From an uncultured Nitrospiraceae bacterium (lineage in GTDB: Bacteria; Nitrospirota; Thermodesulfovibrionia; Thermodesulfovibrionales; Dissulfurispiraceae), in NCBI GenBank assembly GCA_963727805.1, contig CAVSHF010000003.1:672001-736000 (forward strand): DNA of 64,000 bases, written 5' to 3'. Position numbers and translations under genes: made by a program. The notes below the pieces were generated by a model. It saw nothing but the letters and a program-made list of their open reading frames with translations, had not been told where the DNA came from and did no database searches. Below are positions 10,264 to 19,773 of the stretch, in pieces (positions within the stretch are counted from its first letter, which is position 1; each line of letters begins with the position of its first letter).

Positions 10264-12327
10264 ATGCTTGAACCCGCACTGTCGATCATAGCTATATTGC
10301 TTCTCCTTAGCGTGGCCGTTTACACGCTCAAAAGGGAGATTACCTTTGCTAACGCCGGGCTTAGTGCGGTCTGCGTACTCTGCGCGTTGATCGAGGCAGC
10401 CGATTCGCTATCATTAAGGCTCACCGCAAACTCATCCGCATACTTTGTGTCGGGGCTCGCCCTTCAGTCTCTGCTGCCTGCCACGCTGCTTTTCTGCAGT
10501 CTCACACTACATCGTCAGTCCCCGCTGCGATCGCTCTCGCCATTTTGGTGGGGAATACTGTTACTTACTGTGCTGTTCCCCCTGAGTGTTATTCTCTATG
10601 CGCCGGACAGCTTTTTCTTTGCACCTGACATCGGGTCGGAAAAAATGCTTTTTCTCGGCCGGCTCGGTTACTGGTTTTACACGGGCATTATGCTTACTTC
10701 CATTGTCGCGCTTATGAACCTTGAGGCGGTCTTTGTGAGAGTGGTGGGAAAAGATCTGTGGAGAACGAAGTTCGAGTTCATAGGTATATTCTGCATACTG
10801 GCATTTCTCGTCTTCTATTACAGTCAGGGGCTTCTATATAGGACCGTCAACATGAACCTCCTTGGCGTAAGATCGGCGGTACTGATTCTTTCCTCGTTGT
10901 CGATCGGCTACTCGAGACTTTTCAGGGGTGGCGATGTCAGGGTTGCGGTCTCGCGGTTCGTCCTTTATCGATCCCTGTCGGTTATTTTAGTAGGCATCTA
11001 TCTCATCGTGCTTGCGGTGATAGGTGAAGGCATGAGGTATTTCGGAGACTCCTTCGGCAGGGGCATTGCCATATTTTTTGCCTTTGCCGCTGGCGGCTTC
11101 CTAATGGCGGTCCTATTGTCGGAGCGGCTAAGACGAAGGGTAAAAGTCTTCATCAACAAGAACTTCTATGCTCAGAAATTCGATTACAGGGCTGAGTGGA
11201 TCAAATTCACCGGTAAGCTTGCGACATGCAGGAACATCCTTAATGTCGAAGAGGCCATTATGACGACTTTCGCCGATACTTTCGAGCTGGATGGGGTCGC
11301 CCTATACCTCCGCATCCAAAATAGCGAAAGTTTCCGTATTGCGGCAAGCCGTTCGATGCCCGAAACCCAGACACATCTGAAGCTTTCATCCGCTTTGATA
11401 TCATATTTCATAGACAGAGGTAGGGCGCTGAACCCTAATGATGGTGAGTATAAATGTACCGAGGAAGAGTTATCTTTCGTTGTACAGTCGGGGGCCTGCA
11501 TTGTAGTGCCACTTATCGCTAACAGAACCATCGAAGGACTTGCCGTATTCGGCAGGCAGCTTTCTGGGGAGGACTATATCTACGAGGATTATGACCTGAT
11601 GAAAATGATCTCCCAGCAGGCCGCCCTCTCGATTGTCAATTTTCGCCTTTCCGAAGAGCTTGCGGAAACCAGAGAGATCGCTGCGGTCGCAAAGGTATCA
11701 TCATTTATTATCCACGATCTCAAGAACCATGCTTATACCCTCTCCCTCCTTTTGGAGAATTCGGAGACACATATTGAAGATTCTTCTTTTCAGCGGGATA
11801 TGATCGATACGGTAAGAAACACAGTCGAATCGATGAAAGATATCATAGAGCGACTCAAGGGCATACCGGAGAAGGACAGTCTCGATACTGCGTTGATCGA
11901 CATCAGCGGGCTTGCGAGAGAGACCGCCATTGAGATGAAGAAGTATCACGGTGAGTCCGTGTTAGTTGTCGACAGCCCACCTGTTTATGCCATGGTTGAC
12001 GTCGAGGAGATCAGGAAGGTCATTTTAAATATGATCCTGAATGCCGCTGATGCCACCTCCGGGAAAGGTTCGATTACCGTTTCATCGGGAATGAATGGTC
12101 ATTACGGTTATGTTAGTGTTGAAGACAACGGCTGCGGCATGACCGAAGAATTTGTTGCCGCGTCTCTTTTTAAGCCTTTTAGATCTACAAAGAAAAAGGG
12201 ACTTGGGATCGGCCTATACCAGTGTAAGCAAATAGTAGAAGCACATAGCGGCAGGATCGAGGTCCAGAGCGCTTTCGGAAAGGGCTCAATATTTACTATA
12301 CACCTGCCAAAGTCAGCTGCTCCATAA
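10264..12327 (+). CDS. prsK: PEP-CTERM system histidine kinase
   Basis: Multi-TM N-terminus, KFDYRAEWIKFT, GAF-like region, H-box FIIHDLKN, EDNGCGM...LFKPFRSTKKKGLGIGLYQC. Confidence 0.9.
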   Translation: MLEPALSIIAILLLLSVAVYTLKREITFANAGLSAVCVLCALIEAADSLSLRLTANSSAYFVSGLALQSLLPATLLFCSLTLHRQSPLRSLSPFWWGILLLTVLFPLSVILYAPDSFFFAPDIGSEKMLFLGRLGYWFYTGIMLTSIVALMNLEAVFVRVVGKDLWRTKFEFIGIFCILAFLVFYYSQGLLYRTVNMNLLGVRSAVLILSSLSIGYSRLFRGGDVRVAVSRFVLYRSLSVILVGIYLIVLAVIGEGMRYFGDSFGRGIAIFFAFAAGGFLMAVLLSERLRRRVKVFINKNFYAQKFDYRAEWIKFTGKLATCRNILNVEEAIMTTFADTFELDGVALYLRIQNSESFRIAASRSMPETQTHLKLSSALISYFIDRGRALNPNDGEYKCTEEELSFVVQSGACIVVPLIANRTIEGLAVFGRQLSGEDYIYEDYDLMKMISQQAALSIVNFRLSEELAETREIAAVAKVSSFIIHDLKNHAYTLSLLLENSETHIEDSSFQRDMIDTVRNTVESMKDIIERLKGIPEKDSLDTALIDISGLARETAIEMKKYHGESVLVVDSPPVYAMVDVEEIRKVILNMILNAADATSGKGSITVSSGMNGHYGYVSVEDNGCGMTEEFVAASLFKPFRSTKKKGLGIGLYQCKQIVEAHSGRIEVQSAFGKGSIFTIHLPKSAAP

Positions 12328-12416
12328 AAGCCTCGCTGGTTATCCTATATTCTCCTGAAATGTTATATAATCCTTTATATTTGCATCCATACGGCTAGTT
12401 CCGTCGCATCTGATAA

Positions 12417-13796
12417 ATGGAAGAAATTTTAATCATTGATGACAGTAAGGATATCCTCAAGCAGCTGAAATGGGGGCTGAGCTCAGACTATTCCGTCCAT
12501 AGCTCGGACAACTCATCCGAAGGCCTTTCCCTCTGCAGCAGGCACGTTCCAAAGGTGGTAATACTTGACCTTGGGCTCCCTCCACATGAAGACAGTACTG
12601 AAGAAGGCTTCAGGTGTTTGAAGGACATTCTAAGTGCAAATCCTTTGGCAAAAGTGATAGTCGTGACCGGTCAGGCTGATCGCGAAAACGCGCTTAAAGC
12701 CATCCAGCTTGGCGCCTACGATTTTTACCAGAAACCAATCAACCTCAAGGAATTGAAGGTCATCATCCAGAGGGCCTTGTACCTTCGCAGCATCGAAGAC
12801 GAGAATAGAAATCTGCTCAGTTCTTCTGATGCCGGGGTTTCGCGGATGGGCGGCATCATCGGGCAGTGCCAAGCTATGATGAAGGTCTTCTCAACAGTTG
12901 AGAGGGTGTCGTCAACCGATGTTCCCATATTGATCATGGGCGAAAGTGGTACCGGCAAAGAAATGATAGCACGAGCCGTGCACAAGCTCAGCCTCAGGGC
13001 AAAAGGCCCCTTTATTCCTATCAATTGCGGGGCGATACCCGAAAATCTGCTCGAATCAGAGCTTTTCGGATACGAAAGGGGAGCCTTCACGGGCGCTCAC
13101 ACACAAGTGCTCGGTAAGGTGGAGTATGCTCACAATGGCACTCTTTTCCTGGATGAGATCGCCGAACTTTCCCCAAGTCTGCAGGCCAAGCTCCTTAGGT
13201 TTCTCCAGGACAAGACTATACAGCGAGTCGGAGGCAGGGAAGATATTAACGTAAATGCGCGCATCGTTGCCGCGTCCAATGTGGACATTCAAAAGGCTAT
13301 CAAAGATGGCAAGTTCAGGGAGGATCTCTATTACAGGATAGGCGTTATTTCGCTGCATTTGCCCCCGCTTCGTGACCGCAACGAGGACATATTGCTCATT
13401 GCCAACTACTTTCTGAAAAAATTCAACGAGAGTCTGTCAAGAAAGGCAAAAGACTTCAGCCTCGCTTCAATCGAATACCTCAAACATTATGATTGGCCAG
13501 GTAATGTTCGTGAGATGGAAAACAAGGTGCAGAGCGCGGTTATCATGTCCGATGCCGCTTTTATAGAACCGCATGACCTCGGCTTCTCAGAGAAACCTGT
13601 GGGTACCAAAAGATCGTTTTCTGGATTGAACCTGAAATCCGCGAAAGATATGGTCGAAAAAGAGGTCCTCTCTGCCGCCATGGGTCAGTATAATGGGAAT
13701 ATGTCAAAGATTGCCGAAGCGCTCGGGATAAGCAGACCCACTCTTTATGACTTACTCAAAAAACATGGCTTGCAGGATAAAGCTATAGGACATTGA
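12417..13796 (+). CDS. prsR: PEP-CTERM-box sigma-54-dependent response regulator
   Basis: Receiver LDLGLPP, Walker A GESGTGKE, GAFTGA, HTH ALGISRPTLYDLL; follows prsK. Confidence 0.92.
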   Translation: MEEILIIDDSKDILKQLKWGLSSDYSVHSSDNSSEGLSLCSRHVPKVVILDLGLPPHEDSTEEGFRCLKDILSANPLAKVIVVTGQADRENALKAIQLGAYDFYQKPINLKELKVIIQRALYLRSIEDENRNLLSSSDAGVSRMGGIIGQCQAMMKVFSTVERVSSTDVPILIMGESGTGKEMIARAVHKLSLRAKGPFIPINCGAIPENLLESELFGYERGAFTGAHTQVLGKVEYAHNGTLFLDEIAELSPSLQAKLLRFLQDKTIQRVGGREDINVNARIVAASNVDIQKAIKDGKFREDLYYRIGVISLHLPPLRDRNEDILLIANYFLKKFNESLSRKAKDFSLASIEYLKHYDWPGNVREMENKVQSAVIMSDAAFIEPHDLGFSEKPVGTKRSFSGLNLKSAKDMVEKEVLSAAMGQYNGNMSKIAEALGISRPTLYDLLKKHGLQDKAIGH

Positions 13797-13840
13797 CCCC
13801 TCCAATTGAATAAAAATGCTTAAAGCCGCGCTAGCTCCTT

Positions 13841-14788
13841 ATGCTCACTCTTGAAGATAAATTTAATTTAGTCCGATGGGCTTTTATCCTGATTTCGGTA
13901 GCTTACATTATCAGGGTGTTCGTCTCTTATATCCGGACGAAAGGGGTACCAATTCTCCTCAAGTTGACCTCCATCCCGGTTGTTTTTGGAATGGCCTCAC
14001 TACTAGATATGTACTGGATCGAACCGAACTGGATCAGGACGGAACGGGTGGTGATCAAAGATTCGGCGCTTGCTTCGGTCCTTGCCGGAATAAAAGTGCT
14101 CCAGATTTCCGATATTCATATCGGTAACAGCATCGGGTACCGCGAACAACAGCTTATAGAGACGGTAAATCAACTAAAACCAGATATCCTGTTCATCACG
14201 GGGGACTTTTTTAGTCTTCAGAAGGGGCCTGATGCGGCTGCCCAGCTCAAGGCCATATCGGGTCTGATTAGCAGCCTTAAGACATCTATCGGCATCTTTG
14301 GCGTACTAGGCAATTATGACGGATATCTGGCTAATAATTCAGGGCGTATGATGGAAATGAAGCAAGCCGGTATCGATATCCTCGTGAATGAGAGCAGAAT
14401 GATGCCGCTTCCCAATGGTCAGATTCTCTGGATAGCCGGACTCATGGATTCATCGAACCAAGACACGAGTGACACGCGGTCTATAGGCCAGGCACTTAAG
14501 ATGGTACCCAACAATTCACCGGTTATTTTGTTGAACCACTACCCCGATATTTTCGCCAAAGCCTACAAAGCCGGTGTCAACCTAGTACTGACCGGGCATA
14601 CTCATGGAGGGCAGATAGGCATACCGTTTCTTGTCCATCTATCCAACTCAGCCAACAAATCTCCATACATGCAAGGGTTGTTCATTGCCGGCAGGACCAA
14701 GATGTATGTCAATCGCGGCATCGGTACTACAAACATTCCTGTCCGTTATTTATGTAGTCCCGAAATAACCGTATGCGAAGTGGTTTAA
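13841..14788 (+). CDS. Membrane-anchored calcineurin-like metallophosphoesterase (YkuE-like)
   Basis: N-terminal TM helices; SDIH, TGD, GNYD (variant of GNHD), GHTHGGQ, VNRGIG. Confidence 0.85.
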   Translation: MLTLEDKFNLVRWAFILISVAYIIRVFVSYIRTKGVPILLKLTSIPVVFGMASLLDMYWIEPNWIRTERVVIKDSALASVLAGIKVLQISDIHIGNSIGYREQQLIETVNQLKPDILFITGDFFSLQKGPDAAAQLKAISGLISSLKTSIGIFGVLGNYDGYLANNSGRMMEMKQAGIDILVNESRMMPLPNGQILWIAGLMDSSNQDTSDTRSIGQALKMVPNNSPVILLNHYPDIFAKAYKAGVNLVLTGHTHGGQIGIPFLVHLSNSANKSPYMQGLFIAGRTKMYVNRGIGTTNIPVRYLCSPEITVCEVV

Positions 14789-15148
14789 ATAGCTGTAGGT
14801 TATAATGCCGGATAATTCTTGGTAATTTCTTGAATTCAAGACCCTTCATAAACTACCGGTTGAAATATCGTGATTGCCTCCTCGAATGCGCAGCTCTTAC
14901 TGTATTGAGGAAGTTTGGGGGTAAGCAGTCCTCGTGCGTAAAAAAGTTGAAGTTTTATGTCTTTGGGACTTCGGCATGAAATATTTTTACACCACGGAAA
15001 TAGCAATATTAATTCTGATGCTCCTTTTCAATCCGTTTGTCGTATTCCGGCATCAGATTGTTAGACAAAGAGACAACATAGAGAGATCAAAACTCTTGGT
15101 ACAAGCCTTATCCCTCTCGACAGTATGCTTTGTCTTCTAAGCTAGAAG

Positions 15149-15165
15149 TGTAAGTAATCCCGACA
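15149..15165 (+). promoter_or_regulatory. PEP-CTERM box (putative PrsR enhancer)
   Basis: TGTAAGTAATCCCGACA = TGT-N11-ACA, about 85 bp upstream of a sigma-54 promoter. Confidence 0.75.
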
Positions 15166-15248
15166 ATGAGACGATTTATTTTACAGATTCTTATAGTCTG
15201 AGACCTGATCTGTTTCAATATTCCCTTTATATTCAGTTAGTACAGTAA

Positions 15249-15264
15249 TGGCACATCATTTGCA
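15249..15264 (+). promoter_or_regulatory. Sigma-54 (-24/-12) promoter
   Basis: TGGCAC-ATCAT-TTGCA, consensus match, upstream of a PEP-CTERM gene. Confidence 0.85.
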
Positions 15265-15327
15265 AGCATATTAACAACTCATTAAGTTGAGTATATTAGT
15301 TTAAATTAATCATGATAGGAGGAACGA

Positions 15328-15906
15328 ATGAAAAGATTTTCTTTGGCTATTATCATAGTGGCAGCATTCTTTGTAATCTCAATAGTAGCTACATCTGAGG
15401 TTAGCGCAACAAATCTTATCAACAACGGTGGCTTCGAAACTGGAGATTTTACTGATTGGATTTCAATAGCAGCATCGGCTGGCTCAGTTTTCGGTGTCAG
15501 TACCACTGATCCACACTGGGGTACATATGCTGCATATTTTGGCGCCGTAGGTACCTCGAATGACTCCATCTTTCAATATTCGACTAGCACGCAGGTTGGC
15601 CGACTTTATACTTTCAGTTTCTGGCTGGCTCATCCTTATGGTGTTAGTTCAAACAACTTCACAGCATATTGGAATGGAACTCCCGTCTTGACCCTGACCA
15701 ATACAGGTGCGTTCGGTTATACCGAATATTCGTTCTCTGAGCAGGCAACTTCCCCTTTGACAACAATTGGTTTTGGAGCACTTGAAGTCCCTGCTTACTT
15801 CTATCTGGACGACGTTAACGTCTCAGTCCCAGAGCCTGCAACATTGCTCTATCTCGGCTCCGGTCTTCTTGGAGTTGCTATTTTCGCAAGGCGCAGAAAA
15901 AAGTAA
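15328..15906 (+). CDS. PEP-CTERM sorting domain protein (NLINNGGFETG beta-sandwich)
   Basis: Signal peptide; RBS AGGAGG; C-terminal VPEPATLLYLGSGLLGVAIFARRRKK. Confidence 0.92.
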   Translation: MKRFSLAIIIVAAFFVISIVATSEVSATNLINNGGFETGDFTDWISIAASAGSVFGVSTTDPHWGTYAAYFGAVGTSNDSIFQYSTSTQVGRLYTFSFWLAHPYGVSSNNFTAYWNGTPVLTLTNTGAFGYTEYSFSEQATSPLTTIGFGALEVPAYFYLDDVNVSVPEPATLLYLGSGLLGVAIFARRRKK

Positions 15907-15926
15907 ATTTTTTTTAAATAGACGTT

Positions 15927-15962
15927 AAAAGAGGCGATTGCCGTGCGATCGCCTCTTTTTTT
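15927..15962 (+). terminator. Rho-independent terminator
   Basis: AAAAGAGGCGAT...ATCGCCTCTTTT hairpin followed by a T run. Confidence 0.8.
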
Positions 15963-16048
15963 CTCTTACTTCCCGTAAAGATATATCTGCATTATAATTC
16001 TGCTTCTAGGACATTGCATCGTAAGCTCATTTATCCGTCGTCGGGAGA

Positions 16049-16352
16049 CTAAGAAACTTCAAGACGCGGTGGTTGAGTAATAAGCTTGTATCCGAGTCGT
16101 TTGCTTTTTTTTTAGATTTATTATCACACGGTTACAGGATTGGTTCTCATAGTATGCAACTCATCGTTCGACATAGAAACCGCCGTGCTTCATCGAGGAA
16201 TAGAAGAGAATGGCAAGCTTTCTTGTCGTGGCTATAGCCGCCTTATCCCTGCCGTCTCTGGCTGCCAGTCTCCCATAGCAAGCTCCCAATGCAGGATCGG
16301 GTATCCCTATATTAACGGCGGCTCTCCTCAACAGTGTGCTCGCCAACCTCAA
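16049..16352 (-). pseudogene. IS110-family transposase C-terminal remnant
   Basis: LRRAAVNIG..DPALGACYGRLAARDGRDKAAIATTRKLAILFYSSMKHG..YVE, then disrupted YYENQ..NRVIINLKKKA; no N-terminal DEDD domain. Confidence 0.7.
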
Positions 16353-16558
16353 GCCTCCCGGAGTCTACTACACTTTTCTCGTTGGCGCAGGTTTTGCAGG
16401 GTGGGGACGTTCAGGTTTGAAAAATAAAGTCATATCTGTATCTTGATTTGAAAAAGGATGCCTTCTGGGTTCATCCTTTGCTGTCGCATTTTTTGTAACA
16501 AACCGACAAGCTGCAGTGATGCTTTACAGAAGACTCATATGCGTTGGTGATAGGTGTT

Positions 16559-17236
16559 TTATTTTCCTCTACGTGCCAATACCAGTGCACTGACACCGAA
16601 CCCCAGAAGCAACAGGCTTGAAGGTTCAGGGACTTGATTGTACAGCTGGTTCTGAATGTCTGGCCCGCTGAAGCTTCCAGTCCCATCCATTGAAGAGGCA
16701 ATGTTGATTACTTTCGTACCCCACGACTTCTGCTGCATCCAAAGGGTGTTGTTATAAGTATCCAGATCTGAGTCCCATAGATATCCATTTGCATAGCTAT
16801 AGGAAGATCCTGAGCCCTGTAAGCTCCAAAGTACCCGTTGAAAATCATTCTCAGTTGCATCCGATGTCATTATTTTGTCATAGGCTCCACTCTTGAACCG
16901 ATAAAAGAGATAGTCGACAGCGCCATTAAGCTGACCCGTACCGGACGGCAGAGGAGAATCTTTGAGACCAACTTGATTCGAGACACTCGCCACAGGATAC
17001 CATGTATTTGGATAGATGTACACATTATCCTGGATACAAAACGTATCATAAGTAAATGCAGTGTTTGCGCCTCCATTGTGCGATACAGCATAGGTCATTA
17101 TACCGGCGTTATCGGCCAAGTTGTAATCGATGAGCTTAACATAATCGCCGCTGCTTATTGTGTCCGCCATAGCTACTGGCGCGATCATCATGATAAAAAC
17201 CACCACCAAGAAAATAACGCATCTTAATCTTTTCAC
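16559..17236 (-). CDS. PEP-CTERM sorting domain protein
   Basis: GTG start after GGAG; signal peptide; TFCIQ motif; C-terminal VPEPSSLLLLGFGVSALVLARRGK. Confidence 0.92.
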   Translation of the reverse strand: MKRLRCVIFLVVVFIMMIAPVAMADTISSGDYVKLIDYNLADNAGIMTYAVSHNGGANTAFTYDTFCIQDNVYIYPNTWYPVASVSNQVGLKDSPLPSGTGQLNGAVDYLFYRFKSGAYDKIMTSDATENDFQRVLWSLQGSGSSYSYANGYLWDSDLDTYNNTLWMQQKSWGTKVINIASSMDGTGSFSGPDIQNQLYNQVPEPSSLLLLGFGVSALVLARRGK

Positions 17237-17272
17237 TTATTTCTCCAGTACTACTTGAGTACCTTAGAATAG

Positions 17273-17288
17273 TGCAATATTGATACCA
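17273..17288 (-). promoter_or_regulatory. Sigma-54 promoter
   Basis: Minus strand TGGTAT-CAATA-TTGCA upstream of the 17236 start. Confidence 0.78.
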
Positions 17289-17407
17289 ACAAGGAGACTT
17301 TATTATGTTTAATGTCGTAATTTTAGCTTAAGTTTTTGTTTTTACTACTTTTTTATTGATATAATAATGTGGCGGCACCTATGTGTAAATAATCTATAAA
17401 TGTAGTT

Positions 17408-17446
17408 TGTAAAGTTTACCGACAGTGGCTGTAAATTGAGCTAACA
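17408..17446 (-). promoter_or_regulatory. Tandem PEP-CTERM boxes
   Basis: TGTAAAGTTTACCGACA (17408-17424) and TGTAAATTGAGCTAACA (17430-17446), both TGT-N11-ACA. Confidence 0.72.
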
Positions 17447-17719
17447 CAATCTAATTATCTGCGGAATCAATATAAATAGACGTCGATTTAAGCAAAATAT
17501 GTCGCGAATTGGCCTACTTAATGCTTTCCCATACAATGATTTTAAGCATATAACGCAAGAGAAAAAAGCACAGAGGTTGTCAGAAGAAGTCGAACAAAGA
17601 AGAGGTTAGGACAGATGGCTTTCAATGGGCAGTTTTTAGCAGTTGGCTTTAGATAATTGTCGGACAGCTGTTGAGTTCACCTCCAACCTCCAGTGTCGTC
17701 AGTGACATGAATGTGATGA

Positions 17720-18343
17720 GGAGAGTAGCGCGGGGGAATCGCACCCCCACGCCCTCGCAGAACCGGACATGAACCTCTCGACTCATCCGGCTCCCATTAT
17801 CCGACCGTTATAAAACGGCGTTGTTTTATCCGACAGTTCCTCCCATCTCTGGTTGACTATCAAATAAAACTGGATAACGCAACCCCTTCACTCGGTTCCC
17901 ATTACAGAACCTTCGTCGCTACTACGGGTTGCTCCGCCACTGTGCCCCGCATCGGTACTCTCATCCTCGTGGGGCCTCCACTTGGACTTCTCCTTTAACA
18001 TCGGGACGACAGCTTCCCGCGTTCCACACAGAAGCCTGAACCAGATTCATGCCACCTTTATGCCGGACACCATCCAGACAGTAAACAGGTCGTCTCCTGG
18101 ACTTTTCCTGGCGTTCGGAAAGCCGCCAGTTTTGATGTCGTCTGATTTTTTTTCGACACCTCATCAGTGGTTCGTTTGCACTCATCTCTCTGGTTCATAC
18201 CTGACACGATCAATGTCGTGCCTTTTCCTTAACGCTCACCACAATGGCTCTTTACCAATGCAGCTTAAGGTGGGTTGAAGCCTGCACCTGTATGCCGGCT
18301 TCGAGGGGCCTCCCCTCATCTCCTGTGCAGCCTCGTGGCGCAC
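17720..18343 (-). mobile_element. ORF-less group II intron (class D, RmInt1-like), 624 nt
   Basis: 5' GTGCGCCACG; RmInt1-like DI-DIII blocks (GGTAAAGAGCC..GTGGTGAGCG; GAGAGTACCGATGC; CTGTAATGGG); DV GGAGCCGGATGAGTCGAGAGGTTCATGTCCGGTTCT; DVI ending GCTACTCTCC. EBS1 TTTCCGA is complementary to the 5' exon TCGGAAA. DIV is only tens of nt. Confidence 0.9.
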
Positions 18344-18721
18344 TTTCCGAAATAATCTATCGTGGCGGCTGCGTAGAGTGTCTCTTGCACCACACCTCAA
18401 TCTGAACTGCTGAGAAATGCGATGTTCCATCAAGAAGTCGATACCCTAACGGTTATCTAAATAATGAGGATTTTAAGAATAATCCAGTATTGGGGAAGGT
18501 CTGCTGGCCAAGACACAGTATACAAAATAATATCGAAACTTTAATGCTCTCTGGAGTCTTGCCGATTTCCCGTCCACTCGTTTATCGCATTTCTACTGAT
18601 CGAAGAGGACGTCCTTTTTATAGCAGAGTTAATTAACACTTAGTTCAATGCTCATACGTAATCTATCTTAACAATCTTGACTGGTGGTGTCCCTCTTCCC
18701 TGCCACAGACGTTTGACTGGA

Positions 18722-18759
18722 GGTCGGGTTTTCTTACACATATTTCGGAAAACTTAACA
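18722..18759 (+). promoter_or_regulatory. Tandem degenerate PEP-CTERM boxes
   Basis: GGTCGGGTTTTCTTACA (18722-18738) and TTTCGGAAAACTTAACA (18743-18759), 70-95 bp upstream of a sigma-54 site. Confidence 0.6.
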
Positions 18760-18830
18760 CTTTCCATTAAAATCTTCTCAGACTGAATATTATCTCATTG
18801 TAAAACTGACATTTATTTATTGACGGACAA

Positions 18831-18846
18831 TGGTATATATATTGCA
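18831..18846 (+). promoter_or_regulatory. Sigma-54 promoter
   Basis: TGGTAT-ATATA-TTGCA upstream of the PEP-CTERM gene at 19001. Confidence 0.75.
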
Positions 18847-19000
18847 AGAAATCTATTATTGAGGATATTTACCCATGTAATAATCTTCCCAGCGGCGAGC
18901 GGTTTGGTATATCGAAAGAAGAATGAAGGGAGGAAACCTATAATACCTCGGTAAATTCGAGCTTATGCCTAATTAATAAATATAAAGGGAGGTTTATTTT

Positions 19001-19567
19001 ATGAAGCGAAAACTGATTTTGTTGAGTTTCTTATTATGTGTAGCAATTGTCTCACAAGCCAATGCGAGTACCATCGTTACCTTTGATGATACTTACGCCA
19101 ATAGCATCTTGGATAACGGCCAACAATCGTTCTCCGATGGGGGGCTGACTTTCACCAATAAAGGGTCATTTTTGTATGTCTGGGATCCGAGCAGCCCTAA
19201 CAGCAACGGGACCAATAACTTGATCTTTGCGGGATTTGCATCAGGTGATTATATTGCTATTACGAAAACTGGTGGAGGCGCGTTCAATCTGAACAGCATT
19301 GATATGAGCATATCTTGGTATGATAATAACCCGAATGAGACTATTTTTATCAATGGTTCGCCAGTCGCCCTTATCCAAGGTATTCAAAATTACACCCTCA
19401 ACCTCCAGAATATCACGGAGGTGGATATCACAGGAGTTCCTAGCAACGGAGGTTACTGGCTAGCCGACAACGTGAATTACACAGCGGTTCCCGAACCCGC
19501 CACGCTATGGCTTCTGGGGCTTGGGTTATCTGGACTTATTTCGCTCAGGAAGAAGTTTTTTCGTTAA
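19001..19567 (+). CDS. PEP-CTERM sorting domain protein
   Basis: RBS GGGAGG; signal peptide ending ANA; C-terminal VPEPATLWLLGLGLSGLISLRKKFFR. Confidence 0.92.
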   Translation: MKRKLILLSFLLCVAIVSQANASTIVTFDDTYANSILDNGQQSFSDGGLTFTNKGSFLYVWDPSSPNSNGTNNLIFAGFASGDYIAITKTGGGAFNLNSIDMSISWYDNNPNETIFINGSPVALIQGIQNYTLNLQNITEVDITGVPSNGGYWLADNVNYTAVPEPATLWLLGLGLSGLISLRKKFFR

Positions 19568-19590
19568 GAGCACCCAAATGTAGTTAAATC

Positions 19591-19634
19591 GAATAGGAGG
19601 CGGGTGTTTATTTTAGCCTGCTTCCTATTCTTTT
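19591..19634 (+). terminator. Probable rho-independent terminator
   Basis: GAATAGGAGGCGGG...CCTGCTTCCTATTC followed by TTTT. Confidence 0.65.
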
Positions 19635-19773
19635 ATCTTGACTCGGACAGAATATTGTCAACAAAGACGCTGCTACTGGAGATCAAGTGCAACTGGAGAT
19701 TGACTGACCGTGGTTTATGTATGCTTAACTCCGACTTTGCTTTTTCGTCAATGCTGTAAGGGGTTTCAGAATT

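Noticed and set aside
18344..18395. GTGTG at 18395 as the 5' end of the intron
   Set aside because: EBS1, EBS2 and delta pairings all fit a splice site at 18343; the flank of 18395 pairs at only about 3 of 7 positions.
17961..18433. Short ORFs inside the group II intron region
   Set aside because: They overlap structured ribozyme domains and contain no RT motifs.
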